Assembly: GCF_006345805.1 (NCBI RefSeq)
Contig: NC_043007.1
Location: 24,242,001 to 24,306,000 of the forward strand
Source of the DNA: Octopus sinensis
Taxonomy: Eukaryota
Length of the DNA: 64,000 nucleotides
Reading direction: 5' to 3'
The notes under the pieces were generated by a model, which had not been told where the DNA came from, searched no databases, and saw nothing but the letters and a program-made list of their open reading frames with translations. The stretch's first letter is position 1. Each line of letters begins with the position of its first letter. The position numbers and the translations under genes are program-made. Positions 59,746-64,000 of this stretch are shown in pieces.

Positions 59746-60426
59746 GCAACTGAAATTACACAAGCCTCCTCCCTGAATGGGATGCTAGTCCATCACAAAG
59801 TTAGCTTCCTGGCTACAGCTGGAACTTAATTAATTACACCTTAGTGGACAGGAGCAGCCTGAAACGAGGTATTTTGCTTCAAAACAAGAAATAAAAAAAA
59901 CAAAAAAAATCCACCATCCAGCCCAAGAATTGAAACCACAATCTTGAGATTGTAAGTGCAACACCCTAACCACCGAGCTATATACCTTCACTGCAAATAT
60001 ACACACACACATGTAATCAATGTGTGTGAGTGAGTGTGTCTCCTTAGTTTATAGAAATTCATGTTTGATTACTTTTTATATATGTGCGTATGCCGTCCAT
60101 ATGCACATGCGTTTGTGTGCATATGCAACTGTATGCACATGCAATATGCTCATTCCAGGAAACCTTTAATGCAGAGCCTTGGGAATGTTTTTACAAAACC
60201 TTCACTGTACCATTAATCGATTACATTTGGAGAATACTGGTTAGTATAGTTAGTTTGTTTTGTTCTGTCTTGGAAAAGCTCAGCGTTTCGAGGCTTTTAT
60301 GCAAATCTGCTGTTACACAGCCCAGTGCACCTATGATAATAGACACAAATGAAAATCTATAGCCGAGATATAAGAGCTGCAACACGTCAGTTCACTATAG
60401 ATATTCTCCTTTCCATGTGATTATGT

Positions 60427-60473
<47 letters not shown>

Positions 60474-60812
60474 ACATTGGATCTGATAAATACTTTATAG
60501 CTACAGTAAAAAGAATAAATGATAAAGAAATTAGAGAAGAGAATGAGAGAGAGAGAGAGAGAGAGTGAGTGAGAGAGAAATATATATATATGTATGTATG
60601 TATATATATATATATATTATATATGTATGTATATATATATGTATGTGTATGTATATATATATATATATATATGATGTATATATATATGTATGTATATGTA
60701 TATATATGTATGTGTATGTTATATATATATATATGTATATATATAATATATGTATATATATATGTATATATATATGTATATATATATGTATATATATATG
60801 TATATATATGTG

Positions 60813-60860
<48 letters not shown>

Positions 60861-60967
60861 ATATCTATATCTATATATATAATATATATATATATCTATA
60901 TCTATCTCTCTATATATATATATAATATATATATATATACATATATCTATCTATCTATATATATATA

Positions 60968-61030
<63 letters not shown>

Positions 61031-61916
61031 GTACGTATAATATATATATATAAAGAAAGAGGCAAGGACAGAATGAACAAGTGATCTGGTAAGTGAGAAA
61101 GAGATTGTGGAGGAGGAAGAAGAGAGAGAGAGAGAGAAATGGAAAGTGAGGTGAGATAAACATAGTGTGTGAGAAACAGGAATTAGGATGTAAAATATTG
61201 AGATTTTGGTTATAGAATGAACTTTATAGTTACTAGGACCATTTCTTTATGATTAGTCCGCTCAAAATTACATTCCATGGCTTCACAGAACACCATAGTT
61301 TAAATACAAGGTATATATTTTCAGACACGCTAAAAGTCTGTTCATTGAACATATGAGACACAGGTGTGGTTGTGTGGTCAAGAAGTTTGCTTTCCAAGCA
61401 CATGGTTTTGGTTTCAGTCCCATAGAATGGTACTTTGGGCAAGTGTTTTTTTTTATTATAGTCCCAGGAGTTATGTGAGTGGATTAGAATAAGTACCAGG
61501 CATGAAAAATTAATGAGTGCTAGGATTGATTCTTCTGACTAAAATTATTCCACAATAGCGAAACATGTGTAGGAAAGGAAGAAAACAAACGGCATCACCT
61601 GCATGTTGTGTTCATCCTATGTACACACACAAACACAGAGTTTAAATTAAAGGGGATCCATAAAGGAGCAAGGCATATCAAAGGTGAAACATGCTACAAA
61701 CTGGCTCGAGTGGATGATGCAAAACAGACAGTCAAATAATCCATTATCATAGCCTAGTAAACACACCAGCATTAGTTGTCAAACAATGTTGGGGGACAAA
61801 CACAGACACACAAACATATACACACACATACATATATATATATATACATACATACATTATATATATATATATATGTATGTATGAGTGTGTATATGTTTGT
61901 GTGTCTGTGTTTATAT

Positions 61917-61953
<37 letters not shown>

Positions 61954-62214
61954 TAATAAATAAAACATATGCATATATATAAACATATATGTACGTACCT
62001 ACCTCTACATGTACATATACACGCATATATGAGTACAGGACACCAAAAGGATGTCGAACACAATGAGAAACGAAAACATAGACACAAACCCAAGGAACTG
62101 GACATTTTTTTCAAACAACAAAAAAAAAAAAAAATAGAGTACAGGACAATTAACACAAAGAAAAAAACCCTTCTTCAGTCGCTATGGTTTCATCTACTCT
62201 ACGTTTCGAAGGTG

Positions 62215-62248
<34 letters not shown>

Positions 62249-62901
62249 GATGGGCTTCTTTCAGTTTCCATCTACCAAATCCGCTCACAAGGCTTTGGTC
62301 AGCACAAGGCTATAGTTGAAGACACTTGCCCAAGGTGCCACGCAGTGGGACTGAACCCGGAACTATGTGGTTGGTTAGCAAGCTACTTACCACACAGCCA
62401 CTCCTACGCCTAAATGGTCAATTGGATTGGAGAATCACTAGGGTGGTTTTTAGAGTTTAATTCAATTTATCAAAGTCATGGAAGAGGTACCCGAAGATTC
62501 TACCCCAAAGACCCTCTCATGAATAATGGGAGGTGAAAATGAACGGATGGATGTCAAAGAGATAGTGAAAAATATTAGAGAAGGCAGAAATTGGTTTTTG
62601 GTTCTTGTTTAACAGGTTTTTGTCAGTATGTGTAGGTGTACCCTTTTTGGATTATATATTTGTTTTGTGATAAAGATCTTATGTATGTATGTATACTGTT
62701 GTGTATGTGGGTTTGTTTGTTTATGACAGTTCCTGTACATGTGTGTGTGTATGTGTGGTTGCATATCTAATTAATTGTGTGCTTGTGTGTGTGTGTATAT
62801 GTATTAAATTATTTGTAAAAAAGTTTTTGAAAATATGGGGGAAGTTTAATATAGTGCATTAAACAGAGATTCAAATAAAGATTTAAATTGATAGTTTTTC
62901 A

Positions 62902-62982
<81 letters not shown>

Positions 62983-63547
62983 TATAAATACATATATATA
63001 TATATATATATATTTTATAATATCTTCTTATATTTCTATTAAACCAGTGTATTTTGTATTAATTTGTTTAAGACATTAATTTCTTATACATTTATGTTTT
63101 GTGTTGTGTAAGTGTATGTGAAGCATGGGGGTGTAGATGTGAGAGTATGTGTGCATGCACATGTGTGTGGGTAGATTTGTAGATGTGTGTGTGGGTGTGG
63201 TTGTGTACATGTTTATTTGCTCAGATTTAAAGATTTTTAAAGAGTATAAGGTAATATTTAAACTAGCGATTCTAAATAAAGATTTTAATTCAAAGCTTCT
63301 GGAAATGTTTCGAATATGAACCGTATAATTCTTTTTAATGCATAACAGCATATTTGGATATTTATACTATTTAATACATTTTATTTAAGATTCAATATAT
63401 TTCATTTAATACATTCATTTCATTTAACAGGTTCTGCTATGGCTTTATAGACACATGCATGGCTGTGTGGTTAAGAAGCTTGCTTTGCAACAGCATGGCT
63501 CCCAGTTCAGTTCCACTGCATGCCACTTTGGCCAAGTGTCTTCTACA

Positions 63548-63830
63548 AAACATTTTTTCACGCTAAGTGTTGCTGAAGCATGGAACAAACTGCCGGCATC
63601 AGTTGTTAGTTGTTGGAGCACTGCATCCTTCAAAACTTCCATGCTTCCCGAGATTCGCCAACACTACACCTGATTTTCTCCCCTCCATACACACACAAGC
63701 ATGTATCTGACTCATACACTGTTCGCTTTCCAGACATTTGTACATTAATGCATATGATTTATACGCACTTTTTGACAAGTTGTGGTGCACCTGAGCACTG
63801 TATGCAATAATTTCATTATTATTATTATCT
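63548..63830 (+). mobile_element. Diverged CR1 3' end with about 110 bp extra sequence in the 3' UTR
   Basis: KHFFTLSVAEAWNKLPASVV..EIRQHYT stop; gtggtgcacctgagcactgta and (TAT)n tail. Confidence 0.75.
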
Positions 63831-64000
63831 AATTAATAGCTCTGGGTTGACCAAAGCCTTGTCAATGGACATGGCAGATGAAAACTAAAACCAACTTGTA
63901 GGTTGTAAATGAGAATCATCAACATGCAAGCAGTCATCATCATCGTCATCATTTAACGTCCACTTTCCATGCTAGCATGGGTTGGACGATTCTGTCTGAG

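Noticed and set aside
62165-62215. GAAAC-GTA and CTGAAGA half-motifs on the minus strand
   Set aside because: Halves are in permuted order and stem I does not pair; at best a truncated Penelope-type remnant.

Overview
AT-rich, microsatellite-dense metazoan genomic DNA. The SINE repertoire and (TA)n/(CA)n load best fit an octopus genome (inferred, not proven). The only host gene found is the 3' part of a calcium/calmodulin-dependent protein kinase type I (CaMKI) on the minus strand: seven coding exons from 49490 to the stop at 27048, all with AG/GT boundaries and continuous phase. No 5' exons were found in the window. The rest is mostly transposon-derived: a full-length CR1-type LINE nested in an older LINE, truncated CR1 copies, RTE and R4-like fragments, a mariner remnant, non-autonomous Helitrons, at least five SINE families and several minisatellites. 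Two observations stand out. (1) Several unrelated short inverted-repeat elements, most in CaMKI introns, carry minimal type I hammerhead ribozyme motifs of the Penelope-like-element kind. They include a canonical head-to-head pair, a U3-A8 covariant, a family with U at core position 6, and a tRNA(Arg)-headed SINE ending in a hammerhead. (2) The CR1 ORF1 ends in an in-phase G GGA AAC heptamer, and an ATG-less ORF2 opens in the -1 frame, suggesting -1 ribosomal frameshifting in a LINE. All folding, alignment and family assignments were done by eye.
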